In this document: piece after piece, positions 41,380 through 54,014 of the stretch
Layout: each line of letters opens with the position of its first letter
Position numbering within the stretch: the stretch's first letter is position 1
Origin: Octopus sinensis
Taxonomy: Eukaryota
Reading direction: 5' to 3'
Assembly (NCBI RefSeq): GCF_006345805.1
Contig: NC_042999.1
Location: 54,994,001-55,058,000, forward strand
Length of the DNA: 64,000 bases
Notes under the pieces: model-generated
What the model was told of the DNA's origin: nothing
The model's input: only the letters and a program-made list of their open reading frames with translations
The model's database searches: none
Made by a program: the position numbers and the translations under genes

Positions 41380-41645
41380 TTAACAATGCCGAACATCTGT
41401 GTGATACCAATAGTAATTGGTGCATTTGGAAGTATCAGCACTCGACTATCAACCTGGCTGAATAAGATAGGTGCTAAGTGTGAAGGTAGAACACCTACAA
41501 AATTCAGCATTGCTAGGAACTGCAAGAATTCTTGGCAGGGTTCTGGAAGCAAGTGTTGTCATAGTCTGCTGGCTGTGGTCAGCTAACACTTCCCATCATA
41601 CCTAGCAAAATAAATAAACTGAGCTTTCATATAATAATAATAAGT
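41380..41645 (+). mobile_element. R4/Dong-type RLE LINE 3' fragment ending in (TAA)n
   Basis: VIPIVIGAFGSISTRLSTWLNKIG followed by a short UTR and ATAATAATAATA. Confidence 0.65.
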
Positions 41646-41689
41646 GCCAGATAGTTAACTTAACAGTCTCAAATAATAAAAAATCAATA

Positions 41690-41980
41690 TGAGGTGTATA
41701 GAAAAAATAGCAAAGTACCAGGACCTGGCCATTGAATTACAGAAACTATGGAAAGAGTGGGTAAAATGTATCCCAGTAGTTATAGGTGCATTGAGAACTG
41801 TCCCTAAAGATTTGAACAGATGGATAGAGGAAATAGGCATAAAACCCAGTTTAGGGACAGTTACGATACTTAGGAGGGTTCTTGGCATCTAAGGCTCCTT
41901 GTTATAGCCTAATGTTAGGATTTTCTTTTCAAGCAGTCTAATCTGTTAAGTGTATATGAGTAATAATAATAATAATAATT
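41690..41980 (+). mobile_element. R4/Dong-type RLE LINE 3' fragment ending in (TAA)n
   Basis: EKIAKYQDLAIELQKLW...VKCIPVVIGALRTVPKDL...ILRRVLGI* followed by a UTR and (TAA)6. Confidence 0.75.
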
Positions 41981-42004
41981 ATTATTATTATTATTATTAC
42001 CTCT

Positions 42005-42575
42005 GCCTTAACTTAGGTTAACTCTAAGGCCCTTCGATTCTAGACCTTGCTTCCATACCTGGAACTTCTTCTCTAGTTCAGATCGTGATTCCGCTATAAG
42101 AGCAAGGTCATCAGCATAGAGGAGTTTCCAGGGGCAACCTGTCTTGAATTCCTCTATTATTGTTATGGAGGACAATGATGAACAAGAGGGGGCTTAGGAC
42201 TGATCCTTGGTGAACCCCTACTTGTACCCTGAATTCTTCGCTGTACTCGTCCATCCTCACCTTACTGGTAGCATCCCTGTACAAAGCTTGTATGGTTCTC
42301 ACCAACCACTAGTCTATCCCTAGTTTCCACATTGACCAGCAGATAAGGGATCTGGGGACCCTGTCAAAAGCTTTCTCCAGGTCAACAAAAGCCAAGTAGA
42401 GACATTTATCTTTGGGTACATATTTCTCCTGCAGTTGCTTTACCATAAGTATAGAATCAGTGGTGCTTCTACCTGGCACAAAACCAAACTACAACTCATC
42501 TAGAGTAACTCTCTCCCTAATTTTGGTAGTTTTGACTTTATGAGTCCCTCCTAGCATGTGGCATTTATGTATAGT
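42005..42575 (-). mobile_element. RTE LINE reverse-transcriptase fragment
   Basis: FGFVPGRSTTD...LAFVDLEKAFDRVP...VGVHQGSVLSPLLFIIVL...LLYADDLALIAES, including the YADD motif; frameshifted. Confidence 0.88.
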
Positions 42576-42679
42576 AATGCCCTCTATATAATATAAATAA
42601 ATATATTTAAGGTGAAAAATTGATGGATTTTTCCCTTATGAGGTTTTTCTTATAAAGATTTTATCCTATTTTTCAATTA

Positions 42680-42735
<56 letters not shown>

Positions 42736-42869
42736 CATCATCATTTAAAGTCTGTTGTCCATGCTGGCATGGGTTGGACGATTTGATCAGGGCTGGCAAG
42801 TTGAGGGGCTGCACCAGACTCCAGTCTGATGTGGCATGGTTTCTATGGTTGGATGTCCTTCCTAACACC

Positions 42870-42910
<41 letters not shown>

Positions 42911-43874
42911 GTAGGTGCAGGAGTGACTGTGTGGTAAGTAGTTTGCTTACCAACCACATGGTTCAGTCCCACTGCGTGGTACTTTAGACAAGTGTCCTAT
43001 AGCCTAGAGTCGACCAAAGCCTTGTGAGTGGATTTGGTAGACGGAAACTGAAAGAAGCCCATTGTATATGTGTGTGTGTGTATCTCTGTGTTTGTCCACC
43101 CCAACATCGCTTGGCAACCGATGCTGGTGTGCCTACGTCCCCATAACTTAGCAGTTCAGCAAAAGCAACCAATAGAATTAGTACTAGGATTAGAAAGAAT
43201 AAGTCCTGGGGGCGATTTACTCAACAGAAGGCAGTGCTCCAGCATGACTACAGTGAAATGAAAAACAAGTAAAAGAATAAAAGAATATGTGTATGTAGAC
43301 ATATATAGGCACAGGAGTGGCTGTGTGTTAAGTAGTTTGCTTACCAACCACATGGTTCTGGGTTCAGTTCCACTGCGTGGCACCTTGGGGAAGTGTCTTC
43401 TACTATAGCCTCGGGCTGACCAAAGCCTTGTGAGTGGATTTGGTGGACGGAAACTGGAAGAAGCCAGTCGTATATGTATATATATTTATACGTATATGAA
43501 TTATGTGTGTATATGTTTGTGTGTCTGTGTTTGTCCCCCAACATTGCTTGACAACCAAATGCTGGTGTGTTTACGTCCCTGTAACTTAGTGGTTTGGCAA
43601 AAGAAACTGATAGAATAAGTACTAAGCTTACAAAGAATAATTCCTGGGGTTGATTTCTTCAACTAAAGGCGGTGCTCCAGCATGGCTGGAGTCAAATGAC
43701 TGAAACAAGTAAAAGAGAGTATATCTATATATATATATATATATGTGTGTGTGTGCATGATGACACACACACACATACATATGCAGAGATTGTGTGTGAA
43801 AGAGAGGGTTACGTTTGCACAATATATCAGATGTAAAATCTCCTTATTCAGGCATCATGATGAGAGAGAGAGAG

Positions 43875-43931
<57 letters not shown>

Positions 43932-44216
43932 CACAAGTGACATTTACATGTTTTGTTAGAACCTAAAACGAGCCAAGAGACAAGTAATATGTCTCCTTGG
44001 AGAATTGTCAAATATTCATTTTAGCACCCTTTCACACTTGGGTCTGGTCTTAATTATCACTTGGTAATTAGGACACATCCTCTAAACACTCAGATAATTT
44101 TGTTAAATCAAATTCAGCTCTTTTTGGAGTTACAGGCTGGGTCACATGGGAGTTAAGGGTTCAGGCATTCTGGGTTTAATGTTTGGGTTGTTCTGTTTGG
44201 GAACTAAAGATGAATC

Positions 44217-44383
44217 CAGTTCTATATTTAAGAGATGAGGAATTATGTACATTATTTACATTTGATGGATATTTGTCCTCATCTTGTTTGTTAATACATT
44301 TCGGCTGATATACCCTTCAGCCTTCATCAGGGGTCTTGGGGAAATTTCGAACTTAGCTTCTCATTCCTATAGTATTTTAGATA

Positions 44384-44422
<39 letters not shown>

Positions 44423-44496
44423 TCACTGCCTGGAATCAAACTTGGAATCTTGGGGTTAGTAGTCCGCGCTCTTAACCACTATGTCATATACCTGTC

Positions 44497-44527
<31 letters not shown>

Positions 44528-44667
44528 TCGAAAAATACCTTAGGAATGAGAACCCAGGTTCGAAATTTCCCCAAGACACCTGATGAAGGCTGGAAGGTAT
44601 ATCAGCCGAAATGTTGTGTTAACAACAAACAAGATGAGGACAAATATCCATCAAATGTAAATAATGT
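44217..44667 (-). mobile_element. Same tRNA-head/HHR element (locus 3), reverse orientation, with a long inverted arm
   Basis: Full copy on the minus strand at about 44217-44485; inverted arm about 44495-44667 with HHR motif 44575-44620 (GAAAC>GAAAT CpG decay). Confidence 0.8.
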
Positions 44668-45767
44668 AGAGATGAATGAATGCAAAATGTAGTTACTTTA
44701 TTTATTTTTATTTTATCTAGTTTCAGCTCACGAGCTGTGGCCATGCTGGGGCACCGCCATTTACTTCTGTAATTGGACTGAGAATGAGGGAACCGTCTGT
44801 GAGTAAGCATTTGAAGAAATATAGATGATTAAGTAAATTGATCATTTATAACGATCAAAGAATGGGGAGACAGCGACATCAATAACAACTCCAGTACTTG
44901 ATTGGCAACTTATTTCATTGATCTCAGAGGAAGAACAGCAGAACTGAACTGAGCTGGTTTTCAATTCAGAACATTAAAAAGTCAGAACTAATACTACAAG
45001 ACATTTAGATTGGTGCTTTGATGGTTCCACCAATCAATCAAATTTAATCAAAAAAAAAAACAGAATTAGTTTTATTTGTGAACCAAAGATTATCATAAAT
45101 CTTCTGGTTTTTTTTTTTTTTTACCTTTTGGTTTGTCTTCTTTTCTAATCCACCACCGTCTTATTTAATTAATCTCTGATGGCTGATTAAACTCTTGTCA
45201 CAACATGCAGCATTGACTGTTGTTGTTGTTGTTGTTGGATGGAAGAGACAAAGAGATTGTCTAGAGTGAATCAGTGAATCAAAAAGTAAATACAAGGAAT
45301 GGTCATTAGGGGGAGGAGGGGGTTAATGGGTCAGTCCGTTTTCTTAATTATGTTTCATATCTGCCTGACTAAAGAGGGAGACATACAGACAGAACTATCT
45401 ATGTAGTGGGTATATATACACATATACATATAGAGAGGGGGGAGTGTGTTTCTCCAGTTAAGTCGTTCTTGTATGACTATATTTTTACTTAATCATTAAT
45501 AATGATTGAGCAGAACTTACAGACACACTCATTCCAGCCACAACTAACCCATACTTTTGTATATCTAGAAACTACATTGTCCGGTGTGTCCATTTTCATA
45601 GAAGGACTGCTATTTCTAGCGGGTTGACCAACCACATAGAGGCTCTCTTGTACAGCCATTGACAGGATGGTTTAATCATAATTATCCTATATTTTCTATC
45701 TTTTACTCATTTCAGCCATTAGACTGTGACTATTCTGGGGCACCACCTTGAAAAAATTATTGTCAAG

Positions 45768-45928
45768 TAGGAGTGGCTGTGTGGTTAGTAGCTTGCTTAG
45801 GAACCACATGGTTCTGGGTTCATTCCCACTGCGTGGCACCTTGGGCAAGTGTCTTCTACTATAGCCTCGGGCTGACCAAAGCCCTGTAAGTGGATTTGGT
45901 AGACGGAAACTGAAAGAAGCCCGTCGTA

Positions 45929-45967
<39 letters not shown>

Positions 45968-46182
45968 GCGTGTTTGTGTGTCTGTGTTTGTCCCCCCAAC
46001 ATCGCTTGACAACCGATGCTGGTGTGTTTACGTCTCCATAACTGAGCGGTTCAGCAAAAAAAGAGACCGATAAAATAAGTACTAGGCTTACAAAGAATAA
46101 ATCCTGGGGTCGATTTGATCGACTAAAGGCGGTGCTTCAGCATGGCCACAGTCACATGACTGAAACAAGTAAAAGAGTAAAG
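45768..46182 (+). mobile_element. tRNA-derived SINE (GGAGTGGCTGTGTGG family) with an internal TA/TG microsatellite
   Basis: B box GGGTTCATTCC; others at about 18905-19280, 27910-28070, 35495-35800, 37205-37345, 42917-43285 and 43308-43720 (tandem pair), 46195-46475(-) and 46755-47025. Confidence 0.85.
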
Positions 46183-48776
46183 TAATCAATCCCAGGACTT
46201 TTTTTTTAATCCAGTACTTCTATTTGTCTCTTTTGCCAAACTGCTAAGTCATGGGGGTGTAAACACGCTAACACCAGTTGTTAAGCAGTAGTGGATGACA
46301 AACACAGAGACAAAGACTTCTTTCAGTTTCCATCGGCCAAATCCACTCACAAGACTTTGGTCAGACTAATGTTATAGTAGAAGACACTTGCCCAAAGTGC
46401 CACACAGTGGGACTGAACCTGGGACCATGTGGTTGGGAAACAAGCTTCTTACCACAGAGCAATGCCTGCACCTGTAACTCTATTACACAGACAGACAAAA
46501 GACGAGAGATTTAGGGGTCAGGTGGATGGGGTTATTCAATTGAGTGGGACTTCAGTTTATTGACCCCCTCCAAAAAAAAAAGACGAGAAGCAAACTTGAC
46601 CCCTCTTTAAATTCAAGATGTAAAGAGCTGGTACTAAATACCACAAGGCATTTTCTTTGATGCTCTGACAATGATTCCCACTTGCATACCATCAGTTATG
46701 AGGATGAAGGGTCCCAGTCGAACCAATCAACAGAACAGCTTGCTCATGAAATTAAGCCTTGTGAGTGGATTTGGTAGATGGAAACTGAAAGAAGCCCATC
46801 ATATATGTATATGTGTGTGTGTGCCTGTATTTGTTCACGCATTATTGCTTGACAACCGATGGTGGTGTGTTTGCATCCCCATAAATCAGCGGTTCGGCAA
46901 AAGGGACCAATAGAATAAGTACTAGGCTTACGAAGAAAAAGTCCTGGGGTTGATTTGCTTGACTAAAGGGCAGTGCTCCAGCATGGCCGCAGTCAAATAA
47001 CTGAAACAAGTTGAAGAATAAAAGAAAGGGCAGACCAGATAACATTAAACATTTTTGGAATGTCTTTCAATTGCTCATTTCTTGTCAATAGTTGCAGCTT
47101 TTTTAGACAATTTCAGTGCCAGTCAAACTGATGGGTTCCCTACCAAGATCTATAAAAGTGTAATTTGTTTTGCAAAGTGGGAAGAACTACAAAGACAAAA
47201 TACCTATTTCTTTATTACCCACAAGGGGCTAAACACAGAGAGGACAAACAAGGACAGACAAACGGATTAAGTCGATTATATCAGCCCCAGTGCATAACTG
47301 GTGCTTAATTTATCGACCCCGAAAGGATGAAAAGCAAAGTCAACCTCGGCGGAATTTGAACCCACAACGTAATGGCAGACAAAATGCCGCTAAGCATTTC
47401 GCCCGGCGTGCTAACAATTCTGCCAGCTCGCCGCCTTATATGCTTTGCATTCCATTCCTTATGACTATCCTGCTCTCCAATGATCTTGGTATTTCTGTTC
47501 TTTTCAGGGCTTTAAGATTTCACTGTGACCCTGAGAGCGTGCCTGATGGTTGCTATGCCTTGCCAAAGAGTAGCCTGCGATTATGTTTAGGACTGCTTAC
47601 TGAGTATTCTTTGCAGCTATAAATCTACAAGTCATTCCCCTCTCCACAAACTAACTCCCAGCCAACAAAAATATTGATCTTATGTCTTAACTACAAACCA
47701 TTATTAATATTCTAGGCAAAGCAGCGAGCTGGCAGGATCATTAGTACAACAAAAATAATTGCTTAGCGGTATTTCGCCTATTTTTACGTTCTGAGTTCAA
47801 ATTCCGCCTAAGTCAACTTTGCCATTGAAATTAAGTACAAGTCACGGTCAACGTCTCCCTTCTCCACTATGGGCCTAGTGTTTATTGTAGAAAGGATTAT
47901 TAATATTCTTAGTGACCGTGATTTTAAATCTTGGCACAAGGGCAGCAATTTCGGGGAAGGGGGCTATTCGATTATAACGACCCCAGTGTTCAGCTAATAC
48001 TTTTTTTTTTCATCACTACAATATCCAGAAACAGCATACATTGATCCACCCACCAGACACTGGATGCCTCCCCCCAAAGACTTCCCTCGACTAAGGCAGC
48101 ACTAAAATGGATGGTATGTGCAGGTTAAAAGTGTCTGAGCAAGCTTCACCAGGTGATGATGTAACATTTTTAATATACAATATGTACAACTGTTAAATGT
48201 GCGTCATGTATGGATGTAGTATTTTGTCACAGAATAAGAACTGAAAATTTTAGGTATAGCCATGGCTGTGTGGTAAGACAAACGAGAATACTAAAAATGA
48301 ACCCAACTGCTTCCAAAAATTAAGTAAAAATATAGAAAAATAATCCAGAATCCTTGTGCGGTACCGGATCGATCCCCAAATCTAATCAGTTCATGCCAGT
48401 CATGAAGCCAACATCCCTGAAAGTTTCATTTGAATCCATCCAGCAGTTCTTGAGATATTTTGTCCACAGACAAACAAACACGACTGAAAACAATCGAAAA
48501 GAATAGTTGAAAAAGCCTTTTTTTTAAATTCTATATTTCACTGTCAGCTGTTGCAATATTTCCACTGGATAGACAATTCTACAAATCAAACTATAAAGAT
48601 GCAAAATATGAAGAATTTACTCTTCTCTGAAATCAAAAATTCAAGGAAAAAATAGTACTTTGCCAAATAAAAAAACTCAATCGTGAACTAGTTACAACTG
48701 AAGAATTGAGATGCTTGATGACAGTAAGCAAACAATATCTGTACTATCCATATATATATATATATATATATATATA

Positions 48777-49414
48777 CTAGCAGTATCGCCCGGCGTTGCT
48801 CGGGTTTGTAAGGGAAATAACTATATAAGCATTTTTAGAGAGTTATAGCCAAAAAGTAGCAAAAAATGCATTAAAAATGGAAAAAATATGATGGTAAATT
48901 TTTTTTTAAATCGTTGACTCATCGTAGACATTTTTAGAGAGTTACTTCCCTTATATAATAGCGAAAAAAATGCATTAAAATGGAAAAAAAACGATGGTAA
49001 ATTTTTTTTTAAATCGTAGACTCATGTAGACGCTTTCTTAGCCATTTCTCTTTTGGTGTCTTCAAGCCATGAAGTCGTTGTTCTAAAAGAACACTGGTCT
49101 CCTTGACAACGCATTACGACGTTGATTTCCTTACACTCCCTTCCCCACAGGTGCAGGTGTGAGCGTGGACGCCAACTCCGCCGCCATCGACACACGAAAA
49201 ATTATGCATTAAAATGGAATAAAAAATGATGTTAAATTATTTTTAAAATCGTAGACTCATCGTAGACGCGCGCTAATATTCAGACGGGCTCGATATGAAT
49301 CACGACTATAAGCTACCCGAATTTGGTTAAACTGTACCGCAAAATGTGGGAGTAGTTAGGAATCTAAATCGAAGGGGACAGACACTCACACAACTACAGT
49401 TTTATATATATAGA
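48777..49414 (-). mobile_element. Helitron family A with internal duplication and a ~190-bp inserted segment
   Basis: CTAG at 48777-48780; 5' TC at 49413-49414; extra segment about 49035-49200. Confidence 0.85.
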
Positions 49415-49419
49415 TATAC

Positions 49420-49790
49420 ATAGCGCAGTAGTGGTGAGATATGACAGCAAAGAAAAGCATACATTCACTCTCTGCATGCAATTAGACTCGGAAAGTTCGT
49501 GAGGAACCCATTGACCCAATTTGCTGACTTTTCCGATAGCACACAGGTGTCAATGAATGGTTGAATGATCAAATCCAAGCTTCTCTGCTAGTTCCTCAAC
49601 AGTTACGATGATATTTTGTTCCACCAGGGTTTTCAGAATGTCCTTGTCGAGCTCTACAGATCTTTCAGGATGAGGCTCATCTTCTAGGCTGTAGTTTATG
49701 GCTCAGGATTTCTGGAACCACCATTGACACTGCCTTACGCTTATTGTCCAATCCCCATATACTGCATTAATATTTCTTGTACTTTGCACA
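49420..49790 (-). mobile_element. Shorter duplicate of the mariner fragment
   Basis: Near-identical to 51190-51555 and lacks the N-terminal part. Confidence 0.85.
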
Positions 49791-50081
49791 CATTTATATT
49801 CTGTTATTCTTTTATATGTTTCAGCCTTGAGGTTGTGGCCATGCTGGATCATGTGTGTGTGTGTGTGTGTGTGTGTGTCTATCTGTCTGTCTGTCTGTAT
49901 GTATATATGTATATGTATGTGTGTGAACAATAATATTTTCAACAGATGTGTTGCAAATGTATCTGATTGTTCTCAAGCTTCAATACTGTGTGTGTGTGTG
50001 TGTATGTGTGTGTGTGTATGTATGTATGTATATGTATGTATGTATGTGTGTATGTATGTATGTGTGTGTATGTATGTGTGT

Positions 50082-50131
<50 letters not shown>

Positions 50132-50577
50132 ATGTATGTATGTATGTATGTATGTATGTATGAGTGTATGTTTACTTTATTACTAATTACTCTCTTCCAA
50201 GAACATTTTCACTCACTCTTAACTTCCCATACATTTTACTCATGTATCTATCAGCGTCATAGACAGAATACTTTCACTTTAGTCTTCCTCAAATCACTCT
50301 GTCTCTATTTACTTTCATTTTATTCCTTGCCCACTGTGTGTGTGCGTTTGCGTGTGGTGTAAACCAGACTAAGAAAAGCATTTGACACACACACCAGAAT
50401 GTGAGTTTTCTGTAAATTTTGCTTAATTGGAGTTTAAATTTTAAAAACTGGACCTGGCATGACGCGATGCGTTGTACTCTTAAGAATGCTAGGTAAATTG
50501 TAATTGAAGAAATCCTATATTGTAGATTTGTATAACTCCCAAAGGGAGGGAGATAAAATCTGCCTTTTATAATAAGA

Positions 50578-51185
50578 CTAGCAGTATCGCCCGGCGTTGC
50601 TCGGGTTTGTAAGGGAAATAACTATATAAGCATTTTTAGAGAGTTATAGCCAAAAAATAGCAAAAAATGCATTAAAAATGGAAAAAAATATGATGGTAAA
50701 TTTTTTTTTAAATCGTTGACTCATCGTAGACATTTTTAGAGAGTTACTTCCCTTATATAATAGCGAAAAAATGCATTAAAATGGAAAAAAAAACGATGGT
50801 AAATTTTTTTTTAAATCGTAGACTCATGTAGACGCTTTCTTAGCCATTTCTCTTTTGGTGTCTTCAAGCCATGAAGTCGTTGTTCTAAAAGAACGCTGGT
50901 CTCCTTGACAACGCATTACGACGTTGATTTCCTTACGACGTTGATTTCCTTACACTCCCTTCCCCACAGGTGCAGGTGTGAGCGTGGACGCCAACTTCAC
51001 CGCCATCGACACACGAAAAATTATGCATTAAAATGGAATAAAAAATAATACTCAGACGGGCTCGATATGAATCACGACTATAAGCTACCCGAATTTGGTT
51101 AAACTGCACCGCAAAATGTGGGAGTAGTTAGGAATCTAAATCGAAGGGGACAGACACTCACACAACTACAGTTTATATATATAGA
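50578..51185 (-). mobile_element. Helitron family A, sister of 48777-49414
   Basis: Shares the same internal duplication and inserted segment. Confidence 0.85.
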
Positions 51186-51189
51186 TATA

Positions 51190-51795
51190 CATAGCGCAGT
51201 AGTGGTGAGATGTGACAGCAAAGAAAAGCATACATTCACTCTCTGCATGCAATTAGACTCGGAAAGTTCGTGAGGAACCCATTGACCCAATTTGCTGACT
51301 TTTCCGATAGCACACAGGTCTCAATGAATGGTTGAATGACCAAATCCAAGCTTCTCTGCTAGTTCCTGAACAGTTACGATGAGATTTTGTTCCACCAGGG
51401 TTTTCAGGATGTCCTTGTCGAGTTCTACAGATCTTTCAGGATGAGGCTCCTCTTCTAGGCTGTAGTTTATGGCTCGGAATTTCTGGAACCACCATTGACA
51501 CTGCCTTACGCTTATTGTCCAATCCCCATATACTGCATTAATATTTCTTGTACTTTCCGTTGCGTTGTTGTCTTTATTGAACTCATAAAGCAAAATATGC
51601 CAAATATGCTCCTTTGTTACTTCCAACATAGCTTTGAAAAAAATAGCTGTTAAAATCGAAATGCACTCTTCAAAACTTGCACTATGAATAAGGACAAGAT
51701 AAAATTACTACCTGCTTTTATAGCAAGTTAATATAAGTAGTTTATCCCATTCCCCTCTGACTTTTAGTTCAAGCTGTTGAAAAAACCGCATTATT
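51190..51795 (-). mobile_element. Mariner transposon 5' fragment
   Basis: KEHIWHILLYEFNKDNNATESTRNINAVYGD...VRQCQWWFQKFR...ELAEKLGFGHSTIH*HLCAIGKVSKLGQWVPHELSE (HTH + WVPHEL). Confidence 0.9.
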
Positions 51796-51804
51796 ATATA
51801 TATA

Positions 51805-51836
<32 letters not shown>

Positions 51837-52437
51837 CACACACACTCTCTCTCTCTCTCACACACATGCACACATTTATATTCTGTTATTATTTATATGT
51901 TTCAGCCTTGAGGTTGTGGCCATGCTGGATCATGTGTGTGTGTTGTGTGTGTGTGTGTCTATCTGTCTGTCTGTCTGTATGTATATATGTATATGTATGG
52001 TGTGAACAACAATATTTTCAACAGATGTGTTGCAAATGTATCTGATTGTTCTCAAGCTTCAAATTTACTCTCTTCCAAGAACGTTTTCACTCACTCTTAT
52101 TTGTTAGCTTCCATACATTTTACTCATGTATCTATCAGCGTTCATGGACAGTAACAAATATTACATCTAGTTTCATTTTATTCGTTACACAGTGTGTGTG
52201 TGCGTTTGCGTGTGCTGTAAACCAGACTAAGAAAAGCATTTGACACACACACCAGAATGTGAGTTTTCTGTAAATTTTGCTTAATTGGAGTTTAAATTTT
52301 AAAAACTGGACCTGGCATGACGCGATGCATTGTACTCTTAAAATTGCTAGGTAAATTGTAATTGAAGAAATCCTATATTGTAGATTTGTATAACTCCCAA
52401 AGGGAGGCAGATAAAATCTGCCTTTTATAATAAGAGA

Positions 52438-53281
52438 CTAGCAGAATTGCCCGGCGTTGCTCGGGGCTGAATTGCTTGAAAGTACTGTTAATGATTGCAC
52501 TGAATTATGATGATTATTCAGGCAAATATTGAAATAAGCTTACGGTGGGAGATAAGGACTTAACGCCAAACGTGTGCCATTGCATTGTTTTGGGGGAACC
52601 AAATTTCTGATGAGCATTATAGGGGCACTAACTTTAAGTTTGAGAAAGTGTGGTGGTAGTCCGGGGTGCTCAAAGGAATTGAGTACCTCTATTGGATAGT
52701 TGATGACGTCCTCTGGGTCAGGAGTTGTATCGATAGACTGATATACATCGACTTCCCCAGGAATGAGTTTTAGCATTTCATCATTAATATGGTGAACAGT
52801 TTTATTCCTCGGGGCCAGTATAGCCTTTTTGCCAATCCAATCCATATTCTGATAATTAGCTTGTAAATCTGGGAACACTGCATCTCTGAGATCAGAAGGC
52901 GTCTTAACAATGGTACAAATGGAATCGATGGCAATATTAACATTTTCATCCCCTGGTATTTTGCCTTCGCCAAGTGCAAGGAGAGTGTGAGGAAATGCTG
53001 GTGATGTGATATTACGTCGCATATGAGCACGCATATTGGTGTGAAGTTTGAGAGTTACTTCCGTTTATTTTTAAAAATATGCATTAAAATGGAAAAAAAT
53101 GATGGTAAATTATTTGTAAAATCATAGACTCATCGTAGACGCGCGCTAATACCCAGAAGGGCTCGATATGAATCACGACTATAAGATACCCGGTTTTGGT
53201 TAAACTGCATCGCAAAATGTGGGAGTAGTTAGGAATCTAAATCGGAGTAGACAGACACACAACCTTTCTTTTATATATAAA
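52438..53281 (-). mobile_element. Helitron deletion derivative carrying a PIF1-type RepHel helicase fragment
   Basis: ORF 52540-53034: ...KAILAPRNKTVHHIND...YQSIDT...YPIEVLNSFEHPGLPPHFLKLKVSAPIMLIRNLVPPKQCNGTRL, lying between the family A 5' end and a hairpin+CTAG 3' end. Confidence 0.9.
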
Positions 53282-53684
53282 TACATACATACACACACAC
53301 ATACATACACACACACATACATACACACACACACACACACACATACATGCATACATACATATACACATAAACCGAGTAAAAAATTTCAGTTATCTCTCTC
53401 TTTCACACATTACTCTCTCTGTCTCTTCACACACACTAACAGAAGCACTTCACTTACACAACATACTGTCTGTCTCCCACACTCCATCAAACACACACAC
53501 ACACATGTACATCAATGAGTCCCATGCACGGTAACTTGAAAGGAACTTCCCTCGTCATACAATCGCTTTCTCTTAGTCTCTTTCGCTCTCATTACTTATG
53601 TAAAAAAATAAAAGTTTTTTCAATGTGTGTAAATAGGAAGTGGGAAGCAGAGTGAAAGAATCACTCACTACAGTAAGTGAATTA

Positions 53685-53946
53685 CTTTCATTTTATTCCT
53701 TGCCCACTGTGTGTGTGCGTTTGCGTGTGGTGTAAACCAGACTAAGAAAAGCATTTGACACACACACCAGAATGTGAGTTTTCTGTAAATTTTGCTTAAT
53801 TGGAGTTTAAATTTTAAAAACTGGACCTGGCATGACGCGATGCATTGTACTCTTAAAACTGCTAGGTAAATTGTAATTGAAGAAATCCTATATTGTAGAT
53901 TTGTATAACTCCAAAGGGAGGCAGATAAAATCTGCCTTTTATAATA

Positions 53947-53951
<5 letters not shown>
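53685..53951 (-). mobile_element. Helitron-type 5' end (family B), third copy; others at about 50310-50577 and 52175-52437
   Basis: Reads TCTCTTATTATAAAAGGCAG... on the minus strand, similar to the family A 5' end; three near-identical copies. Confidence 0.6.

Positions 53952-54014
<63 letters not shown>

Noticed and set aside
48777-52437. Haplotype or assembly duplication as the explanation for the ~1.8-kb repeat
   Set aside because: The copies carry different deletions and diverged interiors, and the junctions fall exactly at Helitron termini; not fully excluded without reads.
52607-52613. CTGATGA resembling an HHR core
   Set aside because: Lies inside the Helitron helicase ORF (antisense); no helix II or GAAA follows.
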